Shown here: positions 37,978-46,971 of the stretch, one piece after another
Position numbering within the stretch: position 1 is the first letter of the stretch
How the letters are laid out: each line of letters opens with the position of its first letter
The notes under the pieces: generated by a model
Told to the model about the DNA's origin: nothing
Databases searched by the model: none
What the model saw: the letters and a program-made list of their open reading frames with translations, nothing else
From: an uncultured Gammaproteobacteria bacterium
Lineage (GTDB): Bacteria; Patescibacteriota; Patescibacteriia; UBA9934
Reading direction: 5' to 3'
Length of the DNA stretch: 64,000 nucleotides
NCBI GenBank assembly: GCA_964355955.1
Contig: CAYHFQ010000001.1
Location: forward strand, 39,419 to 103,418
Made by a program: the position numbers and the translations under genes

Positions 37978-39486
37978 ATGACCATGAACGTCGCCTTTGT
38001 TTCCCCTCAGCGCCAGGTCGATGCCATTCACGAGCCACCCCGCGGTGGGGTGCAGATCGGGCCGGCCTTGATGGCCTCGCTGCTCAATGGATATTACCTC
38101 GACGAGTCCGTCCGCAACGGCGGATGGCAGCGGCGTGAGCTCTGCGTTCGCACGCTGTGGCCAGGTGAGCGTGGCATCCACGAGACGCCGCTCAACCGCA
38201 CGTGGGGGGAAGTGCATGAGGAGAAGATGTACGACTTCCACAAGCTGTCGTCGACTGACTTCATCAGGAAGTACTCGGCGTTCAGGGAAGATGGCCGCGT
38301 GCAGCGCATCATCGCGCGGATCGGAATTCCGGAAGAGGAAACGATCCAGCACTTGCGCGACCTCCGCGTCGAGGCGGTCGGCATCCCCTTGGCGGCGTCG
38401 GCCAACTACCTGGCGGCCACGTCGCTCGGCAGGCGGATCAAGCGCGAGCTCGGCATCCGAGTGGTGATGGGTGGCCAGCACATCACGGCGGATCCTGAAC
38501 AGTTCGTCCGCGACAATCCGTGGGTCGACCACGTCGCGCAGGGCGACGCCATCACGACCATCGAGGACATGATGGCCGGCCGGGCAACGAGCAAGATTGT
38601 GAAGGGAGGATTCCAGAAGATGGAGGAATACCCAATCATGAACTGCGAGTTGTTGGCCGATGCTGGCTACTCGACTCCACCGACGCACAACTACCCCTCG
38701 GGGTTGAAGTCGATTGACTGGATGGCCAGTCGTGGGTGCTACCGTCATTGCGAATTCTGCTTTGCCGGGCGTCCGGAGCAGAAAGTCACGCAGTCTGGTT
38801 GGGACAAGATCCGACAGCAGCTCGACCACTTTGTGGCCTATGGCTACCAGGAGATTGTGCTGCAAGACGACGCGATTCTCTCTCGCCCGAAGGAGTTCTT
38901 CATTCCTTTGCTCGGGGAGATGAAGCAGCGCGGACTCTCGTGGTCAGACAACGGTGGCGTGGAGTTCGAGAGCCTGTCGGATGAGGTCACCGCGGCCATC
39001 ATGGCGTACAACGATGGCGGGTCGGGCGAGTGTTTCTCGCTGTACGTGCCGTTCAATCCGCGGCAGGGAAATGAGAAGCAGAGCTCGGCAGGGTCGATGA
39101 CCACGAAGTACGAGAACAGCAAGGAGAACCTGAAAAAGCTGCGCTCGGCGGGAGTGTACGTGTTGACGAGCATCATGGTCGGTACACCAGACCAGACACA
39201 CGAGACGTTCGCGGAAGACATGGCTGCTTCCAGGAAGTTGATCGTGGATGGGTACCTCGACTCGGCGCTGCCGTTGTCCGCCACCATGCTGCCCGGCACC
39301 AGGTGGTTCGAACGCAACGGCCACAACATCGTCCACCAGGACGACTGGGCAGGCTACAACCTGTTCAGCACCCACCACAACACCAACGACATGACTGCTC
39401 GTAAGATCGAGGAGGGCATGGTCCGGTGGGTGAAGGAGTCAGGCGACGTGCAGACGATCGAGGCCTGGCAGTGTGCCTTTGCGTAA
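37978..39486 (+). CDS. B12-binding-domain radical SAM enzyme (class B-like)
   Basis: Radical SAM cluster motif CYRHCEFC (CxxxCxxC) preceded by SRG. An N-terminal Rossmann-like B12-binding-type region (…VVMGGQHITADPEQF…). RBS GGAG is present. GC-rich. Confidence 0.75.
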   Translation: MTMNVAFVSPQRQVDAIHEPPRGGVQIGPALMASLLNGYYLDESVRNGGWQRRELCVRTLWPGERGIHETPLNRTWGEVHEEKMYDFHKLSSTDFIRKYSAFREDGRVQRIIARIGIPEEETIQHLRDLRVEAVGIPLAASANYLAATSLGRRIKRELGIRVVMGGQHITADPEQFVRDNPWVDHVAQGDAITTIEDMMAGRATSKIVKGGFQKMEEYPIMNCELLADAGYSTPPTHNYPSGLKSIDWMASRGCYRHCEFCFAGRPEQKVTQSGWDKIRQQLDHFVAYGYQEIVLQDDAILSRPKEFFIPLLGEMKQRGLSWSDNGGVEFESLSDEVTAAIMAYNDGGSGECFSLYVPFNPRQGNEKQSSAGSMTTKYENSKENLKKLRSAGVYVLTSIMVGTPDQTHETFAEDMAASRKLIVDGYLDSALPLSATMLPGTRWFERNGHNIVHQDDWAGYNLFSTHHNTNDMTARKIEEGMVRWVKESGDVQTIEAWQCAFA

Positions 39487-39518
39487 ACAATTCAACCATT
39501 AGGAGGATTAAACTATCG

Positions 39519-39565
39519 AGTAAAACTCACCGCTCACTGAGCCGCTGCTCAGTGAGCGGCTCTTT
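39519..39565 (+). terminator. Rho-independent terminator after the radical SAM gene
   Basis: CCGCTCACTGAGCcgctGCTCAGTGAGCGG (13-bp stem) followed by CTCTTTGTTTT. Confidence 0.7.
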
Positions 39566-39573
39566 GTTTTGAT

Positions 39574-39617
39574 CAATGTTTACAGACAAGGGACGAAGTT
39601 CGACGTCGTCCTGGGAG
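39574..39617. repeat. Direct repeat DR1 with an internal hairpin (GGACGA…TCGTCC), left flank of the kinase cassette
   Basis: CAATGTTTACAGACAAGGGACGAAGTTCGACGTCGTCCTGGGAG. About 40 of 44 nt are identical to DR2 at 40638-40680. Confidence 0.7.
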
Positions 39618-39667
39618 TTGGCATTGCTAACAAAAATTGTCATTTTGATATACTGTATTGGTTATCT

Positions 39668-40630
39668 ATGGATGCAATACATCAGAAAAATATCGACGCC
39701 CTGACTGAGCTCATCCGATCTGGAGAAATGGGGGAGTCGCTGACCTCATCAACTCCGAATATATCATTTTTTAGAACGGGAGGCGGCAATTATTTATACC
39801 TTATCGAACTTGGTACCGCAAAATATCTAGCGCGGGTTAATTATTATTTTTTGAAGAATGAGTGGGGTGCAAAGGAACACGAGTTCCAAACCCTAAAAAT
39901 GATAGAAGGGCTCGGTATTGCACCTCGCGCTCATTATCTTGATGCAGGTAACGGTTTGTTTGGTCAGCAATTCATTATCGTTGATTTTATCGAGGGAAAT
40001 CCTGTGAACAAAATTGGCGATTCCCACGTCATTAATCTTGCGTCGATATTAAGAACATTACACACTAACGTCCCATTTAAAAAATCAGGTAATACGTTTC
40101 CGCCAAATGATAGCCTGCCATATACCTGTGATATTTTTGACGAATTTGCTGATGGCGAAGACAAACAAATTGAGAAGTACAGAAATCTCGAAGGTATTGA
40201 AGGTATTATCGAACCATACACGCGCCTTCTAAAGGCGTTGGGAGACTGGTTTCACTCCTTAACCTGCTTTAATGATTGCCGCACGTTTTGCCTGTGCCAC
40301 GCGGATTTGAAAAAGGAAAATATACTTGAAACTCCGGATGACAATATTTTCCTCATCGATTGGGAATATGCGGGTTCAGATATACCTGAAACGGACATTG
40401 GTCGGCTATTTTCCGGATGTGACTTCACTGAAAAACAGCAGGAATTATTCTTTTCATACTATTTCACTAGTTCGCCAGATGAAAAAACTCTGGAACGCAT
40501 CATGAGTGTTAAGATGGTTCTCGATTTCTTCCGGATTATTGAGGATTATATTCTGCTCAAGAGGAAAAGCTGGGATGCAGAAGCTATGCTTGGTGAACTT
40601 CTGGCGTTCGAGGATAATTTCACTAGTTGA
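39668..40630 (+). CDS. Choline/ethanolamine-kinase-like phosphotransferase (APH/ChoK family, LicA-like)
   Basis: Brenner motif CHADLKKENIL and LIDWEYAGSDIPETDIGRLF, as in LicA-type choline kinases and APH enzymes. AT-rich compared with its flanks. Confidence 0.7.
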   Translation: MDAIHQKNIDALTELIRSGEMGESLTSSTPNISFFRTGGGNYLYLIELGTAKYLARVNYYFLKNEWGAKEHEFQTLKMIEGLGIAPRAHYLDAGNGLFGQQFIIVDFIEGNPVNKIGDSHVINLASILRTLHTNVPFKKSGNTFPPNDSLPYTCDIFDEFADGEDKQIEKYRNLEGIEGIIEPYTRLLKALGDWFHSLTCFNDCRTFCLCHADLKKENILETPDDNIFLIDWEYAGSDIPETDIGRLFSGCDFTEKQQELFFSYYFTSSPDEKTLERIMSVKMVLDFFRIIEDYILLKRKSWDAEAMLGELLAFEDNFTS

Positions 40631-40637
40631 GATGGGC

Positions 40638-40680
40638 CAATGTTTGCAGGCAAGGGACGAAGTCCGACGTCGTCCTGAGG
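40638..40680. repeat. Direct repeat DR2, right flank of the kinase cassette
   Basis: CAATGTTTGCAGGCAAGGGACGAAGTCCGACGTCGTCCTGAGG. Same hairpin core as DR1, followed by TTTTATAC. It may also act as a bidirectional terminator. Confidence 0.7.
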
Positions 40681-40682
40681 TT

Positions 40683-41459
40683 TTATACACTCTGTGTCCA
40701 CAGCGCGGCGAAGATGCTGCGGAGCATGGCCACGATGTATTCGTCTTCCACGAGGACGGCCAGCGGGGCTTTGGGCTGCCAGATGATGACCTTGTTGGCG
40801 TAGAGCATGAAGCCGGTGACGAAGGGGAGGGTGCCTTGGAAGATACGCGTGGTGCGCATTTGGAGTTTGTCGTTTTGTTCGAGTTTGGCAGCGTCGGCGC
40901 CAGGAGTGAGGAGGGAATTCATGTGAATGTTTTTGCTGGTACGGATACGGATCCATTCGAGTTCGGTTTCCCAGGAAATGAGGCCGATGAAGGCGTCGGC
41001 AGAACCGAAGAAGTCGATTTTGTCTTTGGCTTCGTCCAATACTTTGAAAAAGATTTTATTCCACTGATCTTCACCTTCGTAAACTTTTATTTTAGTGGGA
41101 GTTTCGCCCTGGTGGTAGAGCGCGAGTAAATCTGGCATGGAGCCGACGAGGGTTTGATCAAGGCTCTCCATGGCGGCACGTTTTTTACGTAATTGCTCCA
41201 AGACGACGGTTGGCGGCTCCACCACAAAGGTGCGGGACTGCTTTTTACGCTGTGAAAACTTGGTTAAACCATGCTTTTCTAGCCCAGCAATGACTTTGTA
41301 GACGTTGGGCCGTGGCATGCTCAAATGCTCCGCTAACGAGACGATGGTGACGGAACCGAGTGTCAAGGAAGTGAGGTAGAGGTTAGCTTCGCTTTCGGTT
41401 AAACCGAGTTCTTTGAGGGAAGTGTAGAGATTTTGTTTCACCTCGGTATTAGAAAGCAT
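40683..41459 (-). CDS. TrmB-family transcriptional regulator (copy 2)
   Basis: N-terminal wHTH (…LTESEANLYLTSLTLGSVTIVSLAEHLSMPRPNVYKVIAGLEKHGL…) plus a TrmB-like C-terminal domain. Confidence 0.65.
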   Translation of the reverse strand: MLSNTEVKQNLYTSLKELGLTESEANLYLTSLTLGSVTIVSLAEHLSMPRPNVYKVIAGLEKHGLTKFSQRKKQSRTFVVEPPTVVLEQLRKKRAAMESLDQTLVGSMPDLLALYHQGETPTKIKVYEGEDQWNKIFFKVLDEAKDKIDFFGSADAFIGLISWETELEWIRIRTSKNIHMNSLLTPGADAAKLEQNDKLQMRTTRIFQGTLPFVTGFMLYANKVIIWQPKAPLAVLVEDEYIVAMLRSIFAALWTQSV

Positions 41460-41599
41460 AGCGATTTGCTAGTTATTTGTGTTTATAGCGTATATTTTTA
41501 TTATACATTGTTAGTAAATAGAGCGCAAATATATTGACTTTAGTGTATATTTCTGGTATTCTATTTGGTCAGTGACGTTGCTAATAAGAACCAATAGCT

Positions 41600-43051
41600 A
41601 TGAAGAAGTTCAAGAAAGTTGTGGTACTCGATACAGTCATCTTCTACCCCGAGCATCGTGCGCTGTTGAATAAACTGGCGGAGGAGGTGTTGGAGTTTCC
41701 ATCGAGTTTACCGGAGAGGTTAGAGCAGCAGTTTAGTGAACAGCCAGAGTTGTTCGCTGAGACTAAGTGTTATACCGAGCTCGGGGCGAATAACACGCCG
41801 CTGCAACTTTTGATGAATAGGGTTGAGGGCGCTGAGGTGATTATTAGTTGTTGGACGAATATTCCTGATGAGATTTTAAGATTGAACCCGCAATTGAAGC
41901 TGGTTATTTTTTGGACGCATGAGAAGGAGCATAGGATTAATGTCGAGTTGGCGCGAGAGTTGGGGATTGAGGTTAAGAATATTCCGGACTACGGCACCGA
42001 AGCTGTAGCTGAAGTTGTGTTTGCCGGTTTGTGGCAATTGCTGATGAGAAATTATGCGAGTGATGGCTCGGCCGATAAAAAAGATGGGCTAAAGAACTCG
42101 ATTGTGAATGATGTGTTTAGTCGCATTAGACTGCTGCCGGAGAACGAGAAGAATACGCGACTAGGGAAGTTTAGCCATCACTTCCATAAATTAGGACAAG
42201 TGAAGTTCGACTTCGATAAGAAGAATCTGGAGCAACTTATTCCGGAGCGGATGATCGAACATAAACAGATTGGCCTGATGAATATTGAAAAAATCGATGA
42301 GACCGTGAAGGTACTAAGAACGTTCGGCGTGATCGTCGAAGAGAAAATGATCAACGATTTTACGCTGGCGTCGACCTATAAGTTTTTAAGCGAGAACGAA
42401 ATTGTTTATCGCGATAAACGATTAGTGGCGAAGAGCGAAGTCGATAAAATTGAGCAGATGTGGCCAGGGAAGTTGGTTGACGTTAATTCTCTTGTTAAAT
42501 CAGATTACGAGTTCGCCGATAAAGTTTTTGGGCTAGTGGGCCTAGGAAGAATTGGCGAGCAGGTGGCGAGGATAGCGAAGGGCCTGGGGTTCGAGGTTAT
42601 CTACTATTCGAAGCGGCGTAATGAAGTAATCGAAGAGAGGCTCGGTATTAAATATAATGAGATTGATGAACTAGCAAGAGTGAGTGATGTCATTTCACTT
42701 CATGTGCCAGCGCATAAGGCTGAGAATGTGATCGATAAAAAATTCATCGATGAGATGAAGGCTGGCGCGCTGTTCATTAATACGGCGGATGGGAATGCGG
42801 TTGACCAAGTGGCTCTCACCGAACGGATGATGAAGCGAGAGATATTCGCTTATCTAGATGTTTATCCCGGCTTGCCGAGGAAAGATATTTTGGGGCTGCC
42901 GATGATAGATAAGAAAGATTGGAAACTGCATAAGGCGCTAGCAAATAATGTGCTGGCGTACAGGGCAGGTTGGAAGACGCAGGAGTCGATTAGAGTCAAA
43001 ACTTATAAACTGTTAGGCGAGATGACGAGTTATTTAATGAACGATAAATAA
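41600..43051 (+). CDS. D-isomer-specific 2-hydroxyacid dehydrogenase-family protein with a ~150-aa insertion
   Basis: NAD-binding GLVGLGRIGEQVA (GxGxxG), SLHVP and INTADG motifs of the 2-Hacid_dh_C family. An N-terminal catalytic lobe and an extra insert (…RNYASDGSADKKDG…). Confidence 0.7.
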   Translation: MKKFKKVVVLDTVIFYPEHRALLNKLAEEVLEFPSSLPERLEQQFSEQPELFAETKCYTELGANNTPLQLLMNRVEGAEVIISCWTNIPDEILRLNPQLKLVIFWTHEKEHRINVELARELGIEVKNIPDYGTEAVAEVVFAGLWQLLMRNYASDGSADKKDGLKNSIVNDVFSRIRLLPENEKNTRLGKFSHHFHKLGQVKFDFDKKNLEQLIPERMIEHKQIGLMNIEKIDETVKVLRTFGVIVEEKMINDFTLASTYKFLSENEIVYRDKRLVAKSEVDKIEQMWPGKLVDVNSLVKSDYEFADKVFGLVGLGRIGEQVARIAKGLGFEVIYYSKRRNEVIEERLGIKYNEIDELARVSDVISLHVPAHKAENVIDKKFIDEMKAGALFINTADGNAVDQVALTERMMKREIFAYLDVYPGLPRKDILGLPMIDKKDWKLHKALANNVLAYRAGWKTQESIRVKTYKLLGEMTSYLMNDK

Positions 43052-43056
43052 ATTCT

Positions 43057-44595
43057 ATGATTAATGAACAAGAAAAGACGACCCGCACGAAGTTCAACTT
43101 CCTCAAGAAATATTACGATGAAACGTGGGATGAGGCGGCGCATACGCTGCATGTTGGTTTATTTAAGAAGGAAACGGATTCCCTCTCCACAGCCTACAAA
43201 CAGGCGACTGAACATCTCTTAGCCAATATTGAAACAATTGCGCCGATAAGCAAGAGCTCGATCGTGCTCGATGTTGGTTGTGGTACGGGAAAGACGTTAA
43301 TTGAGTTGTGCGCGAAGTTTGGCTGCAGCGGCGTCGGCGTCGACTTAAGCGATGAGCAGATTAAGGATGCTAAGATTTATGTGCGCGAGTTGAATGCTGA
43401 ACGAATGGCCAAAAAGTTGCCGAAGCTACTGGTTAAGTTTGTTCGGGCAAGTGCCAGCGAACTGAGCCAAGTGTTTGCCAAGGATGAACAGTTTAGCCAT
43501 GTGATCAGCCAGGACGCGATCATGTTGGTGGCGGACAAGCAGGCGTTGTACGAGAACGTGTACCGTTTGTTAGCACCAGGTGGCGTGTTCGCCGTGGCCG
43601 ACTTTTTGGCGCAGGCGGCGCAGAGTGAATTGACCACGACGGAGCATGACTTGGTGTACAAGATGGTCAATTGGAATGAGGGTTTCTCGTTTAAGGTGTA
43701 CCAGCAGATCTTGCAGGCGACTGGCTTGAACGTGGTTAAGGCTGAGCAACGTGACCAAGATATGATTTGGACGTATGCCAAGCTGGCTAAAAAGATGAAG
43801 GCGCACGAGAATAAGGCGGACGGAACTTACACCGAGCTGAAAAACCGTTACGAGGGAATTGTTAGTGCAATTGAGAACGGCAAGATGGGTTGGGGCTTTT
43901 TCTTCGCCCAGAAGCCGGTGAGAAAAACTGCTTTGATTGCGGGAACCAAAACAAAGTCTATTGGTCGCTTTGTAGCTGTAGCTTTGCACAAGTTGGGCTA
44001 TGAGATTTATTTGTATGGCCGGAGTGCGAAGACTGTCGATAAGGCTGGTTGGCACGAACGAGCTTGTGATATCAGCAACGAAAAGAGTATCAGTAAGTTA
44101 TTAAACGAGGTGCAAAGTTTGGACTTAGTGCTAATGTTTGCTGATGCCGAGGGCGGACACGGAACCATCGAAGAGCTGACTAAGGAGGGAGTTGAGAGCT
44201 GTTTTGGCGCGAAGTTAGTAGGCAGTGTCTTACTGACGAAGGCGATTGTGCAGAAGTTCAAGAACCGCCAGACGCCGATTCAGATGATTTGGGGTGCGGG
44301 TGGCGTCAGCGATAAGCCGAAAGACTTAATAATTTATGGGCTGATTAATAATGGCTTGGCGGCGTTCGTCAAAGAACTTAATCGTCACTACCATAATATA
44401 GTCGAGGCGTTCTACTTGCCGTTTACCGTCATCTCACCGTCTACGCTCGGTGATGCTTACATTAAACAAGTTGGACCACAACTACAAAAAATGGCTAAGC
44501 ATCCAAGCACAATCGTCGACACGATCATGGGTGTGATTGGGAAGCAGGTAATGCAGGGGGGGGGAATGATAGTGATAGAAAGTAAGGTAATTTAG
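43057..44595 (+). CDS. Fusion protein: class I SAM-dependent methyltransferase (CFA-synthase-like) plus a C-terminal SDR-like Rossmann domain
   Basis: Motif I VLDVGCGTGKTLIEL. The C-terminal half carries IAGTKTKSIGRFVA (TGxxxGxG-like) with a YxxxK-type context. The fusion architecture is unusual. Confidence 0.6.
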   Translation: MINEQEKTTRTKFNFLKKYYDETWDEAAHTLHVGLFKKETDSLSTAYKQATEHLLANIETIAPISKSSIVLDVGCGTGKTLIELCAKFGCSGVGVDLSDEQIKDAKIYVRELNAERMAKKLPKLLVKFVRASASELSQVFAKDEQFSHVISQDAIMLVADKQALYENVYRLLAPGGVFAVADFLAQAAQSELTTTEHDLVYKMVNWNEGFSFKVYQQILQATGLNVVKAEQRDQDMIWTYAKLAKKMKAHENKADGTYTELKNRYEGIVSAIENGKMGWGFFFAQKPVRKTALIAGTKTKSIGRFVAVALHKLGYEIYLYGRSAKTVDKAGWHERACDISNEKSISKLLNEVQSLDLVLMFADAEGGHGTIEELTKEGVESCFGAKLVGSVLLTKAIVQKFKNRQTPIQMIWGAGGVSDKPKDLIIYGLINNGLAAFVKELNRHYHNIVEAFYLPFTVISPSTLGDAYIKQVGPQLQKMAKHPSTIVDTIMGVIGKQVMQGGGMIVIESKVI

Positions 44596-44640
44596 AAGTG
44601 AATTGCAACAGAAAACCCTCCGTGGTGGAGGGTTTTTGGT

Positions 44641-45873
44641 TTATAAGCGAGTGATGTCGCGGGGATAAAAGAGGTTCAGCGTCCATTCGAAGATAATGCG
44701 TAGGCGCTTTTTGTGACTGGCGAATTTGAAGAGATAGATGGTGCGCCAGAGCCACCAGGTGAGACGACCGCTCAAGTTGATGCGACCGATGGTGCCAGCG
44801 GCGAACCACTGGCCGAGGGAAACGAAGCTGCCGCGGGAGTGATAAACGAAAGTCTGGAGAGGGCGACCAGCGAGGAGAAGAACGATGTTGTTAGCCACAG
44901 CGCGACCTTGAGCGACGGCGACTTGAGCCAGCATGGGTAGGCCAGCAGCCGCGTCGCCCAGGATAAAGATGTTTTTGTCGAGCTCAGCTCGATTGTTGAT
45001 ATGCGACCAAAGCTCAGCTTTGGTTGGCTCGCTGCCAGAATAACTGACGAGCTTAGGCAGTGACGCCTTGACGCCAGCGGTCCAAATGGTGAGGCCGGAG
45101 GGGATGCGCCAGCCGTCGTTCAGGTTGACGCCAGTCGCGTCGACCTCGCCGACTTGAATGCCGAGACGTAACTCGACATCGAGTTTGCGAAGACGACGTT
45201 CGGCGGCCTTGCGGGTGGGAAGAGAGAACTGGGCGAGAAGTTCTGGGCCAGCGCTAACGAGCGTGACGGAAACTTCGTTATGTAAAATGCAGCTGGTTTT
45301 GTCGCAGAAGTAACGATGAGCAATATGGAAAGCGAATTCCGCCAGCTCGGCAGCGAGTTCAACACCGGTGGCACCAGCACCGACCACGACGAAGGAGAGG
45401 AGATTTTTGCGTTCGGCTGAAGTGGTGACGAGTGAGGCGGTTTCGAAGGCGTCGATGATACGAGCGCGGATGGCGCTGGCGTCGGCTAAAGTTTTGAGAG
45501 GGAGGGAGAATTCTTGGGCACCTGGAGTGTCGAAGTAATTGGTGCTGGCGCCGGTTGAGAGAACTAAAATGTCGTAAGGGATGGAGTGATGGCCGAGGAA
45601 GACGGTCTTTTTACTGGCGTCGACCTTAGTCACTTCACCTTGGATGACGCTGATGCCGGTGTGGGCGAAAATTTCACGCAATGGCTCTGCCACGCTGCCG
45701 GCACTGAGGCCGCCGGTGGCAACTTCGTGCAGGAGGGGAGTAAAGAGAAAATAGTTGGTGGTGTTGATGAGAGTGACGGAGATTTTGCCCTGCTTGACCT
45801 GGCCGCGTAGACCCCAGGCGACTTCCATGCCGCCAAACCCGCCGCCGACGATGACAATGTGTTTCTTTTTCAT
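44641..45873 (-). CDS. ndh: Type II NADH dehydrogenase (NDH-2)
   Basis: Two dinucleotide-binding motifs (IVIVGGGFGG and FVVVGAGATGVELA) and overall NDH-2 similarity. Confidence 0.85.
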   Translation of the reverse strand: MKKKHIVIVGGGFGGMEVAWGLRGQVKQGKISVTLINTTNYFLFTPLLHEVATGGLSAGSVAEPLREIFAHTGISVIQGEVTKVDASKKTVFLGHHSIPYDILVLSTGASTNYFDTPGAQEFSLPLKTLADASAIRARIIDAFETASLVTTSAERKNLLSFVVVGAGATGVELAAELAEFAFHIAHRYFCDKTSCILHNEVSVTLVSAGPELLAQFSLPTRKAAERRLRKLDVELRLGIQVGEVDATGVNLNDGWRIPSGLTIWTAGVKASLPKLVSYSGSEPTKAELWSHINNRAELDKNIFILGDAAAGLPMLAQVAVAQGRAVANNIVLLLAGRPLQTFVYHSRGSFVSLGQWFAAGTIGRINLSGRLTWWLWRTIYLFKFASHKKRLRIIFEWTLNLFYPRDITRL

Positions 45874-45915
45874 GTGCCGGGATTATACACCACCGGAAAT
45901 GATGAGGAAATGAAG

Positions 45916-46836
45916 TTAGGTAGCTTCTGGTTTATCATGGAATTTGGTGTAGACGCGTTTGAGTTCTTTGTCGGTGATATGGGTGTAGACCTGAGTGGTG
46001 ACGATGCTCGAGTGGCCCAGGAGGGATTGGACGGAGCGGATGTCGGCGCCGTTACGGAGGAGATCCGTGGCAAAAGTGTGACGGAGGGTGTGCGGGGTGA
46101 CGCGTTTGGTGATTCCGGCGTTACGGGCAAAGCCGTCGATGACGCGCTGGACAGAACGGGGGGTGAGGGCGGCGACACCACCTTTTTTAGCGCGGTCGTG
46201 GCGGACAAACATGAAGGGAGCAACATCTTGGCGGACGTCTAAGTACATTTTGAGACATTGTTTGGCGGCGGGTGAGAGGAAAACCACGCGGTGCTTGCTG
46301 CCTTTGCCTTTGATGGTAAATTCGTCGAGCTTGAGGTTAACTTGTTCGATGAGGAGATTGGAAAGTTCGGAGACGCGAAGGCCAGAGGAGAAGAGGAGTT
46401 CCAAAATGGCGCGATCGCGGAGGCCGACGAGTGAGGTGTCGCGGGCGGCGAGGAGGAGCATGCGCTTCAGCTCTTCCGCTTCGAGGAAGCTGACGTGGCG
46501 GCCTTCCTGTTTGGCGAGTTCGATCTTTTCCGGCGAGAGACTTTTAATGTCGCGCTTGGCTAAGAATTTTAAGAATGAGCGCAGGGCGATGAGGTGATAG
46601 TTCTGCGTGGTTTTTTGCAGCGTGGCTTCTTCGCGGCCGGCCAGGTCGCGGTTAAGAAAGAGGCGGAATTTGCGGACTAGTTCTTGCGTAATATCACTGG
46701 GTTCGCTAATAGCAGCCCAGTCGAGAAAGCGGCGCAAGTAAAAACAATAATTTTTGACGGTGAGCAAAGAACGCCCGCGTTCGATTTCTAAGTATTCTAA
46801 AAATTGTTGGAGATATTTGTCGATTAGTTTGGCCAT
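45916..46836 (-). CDS. Tyrosine site-specific recombinase XerC/XerD
   Basis: Catalytic R…HxxR…Y box (…LRHTFATDLLRNGADIRSVQSLLGHSSIVTTQVYTHI…). An N-terminal SAM-like core-binding domain. Confidence 0.85.
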   Translation of the reverse strand: MAKLIDKYLQQFLEYLEIERGRSLLTVKNYCFYLRRFLDWAAISEPSDITQELVRKFRLFLNRDLAGREEATLQKTTQNYHLIALRSFLKFLAKRDIKSLSPEKIELAKQEGRHVSFLEAEELKRMLLLAARDTSLVGLRDRAILELLFSSGLRVSELSNLLIEQVNLKLDEFTIKGKGSKHRVVFLSPAAKQCLKMYLDVRQDVAPFMFVRHDRAKKGGVAALTPRSVQRVIDGFARNAGITKRVTPHTLRHTFATDLLRNGADIRSVQSLLGHSSIVTTQVYTHITDKELKRVYTKFHDKPEAT

Positions 46837-46919
46837 ACCAATGTATTATACGACACAGTTGGCAGGGAGGATAGTATTCCTTGTCACATTTCCAAAAATG
46901 TGTTATTATTTCAATATCA

Positions 46920-46965
46920 CTACGAAAAAGACCCTGCTGCAGATACGTCTGCAATGGGGGCTTTT
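46920..46965. terminator. Bidirectional hairpin terminator
   Basis: CCCTGCTGCAGAtacgTCTGCAatGGGGG with T-runs on both sides. Confidence 0.45.
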
Positions 46966-46971
46966 TCATTT

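Noticed and set aside
37026-38865. 319-aa and 297-aa minus-strand ORFs
   Set aside because: They are antisense to the receiver and radical SAM genes. The plus strand carries the CxxxCxxC rSAM motif and RBSs, so the minus-strand ORFs are GC artefacts.
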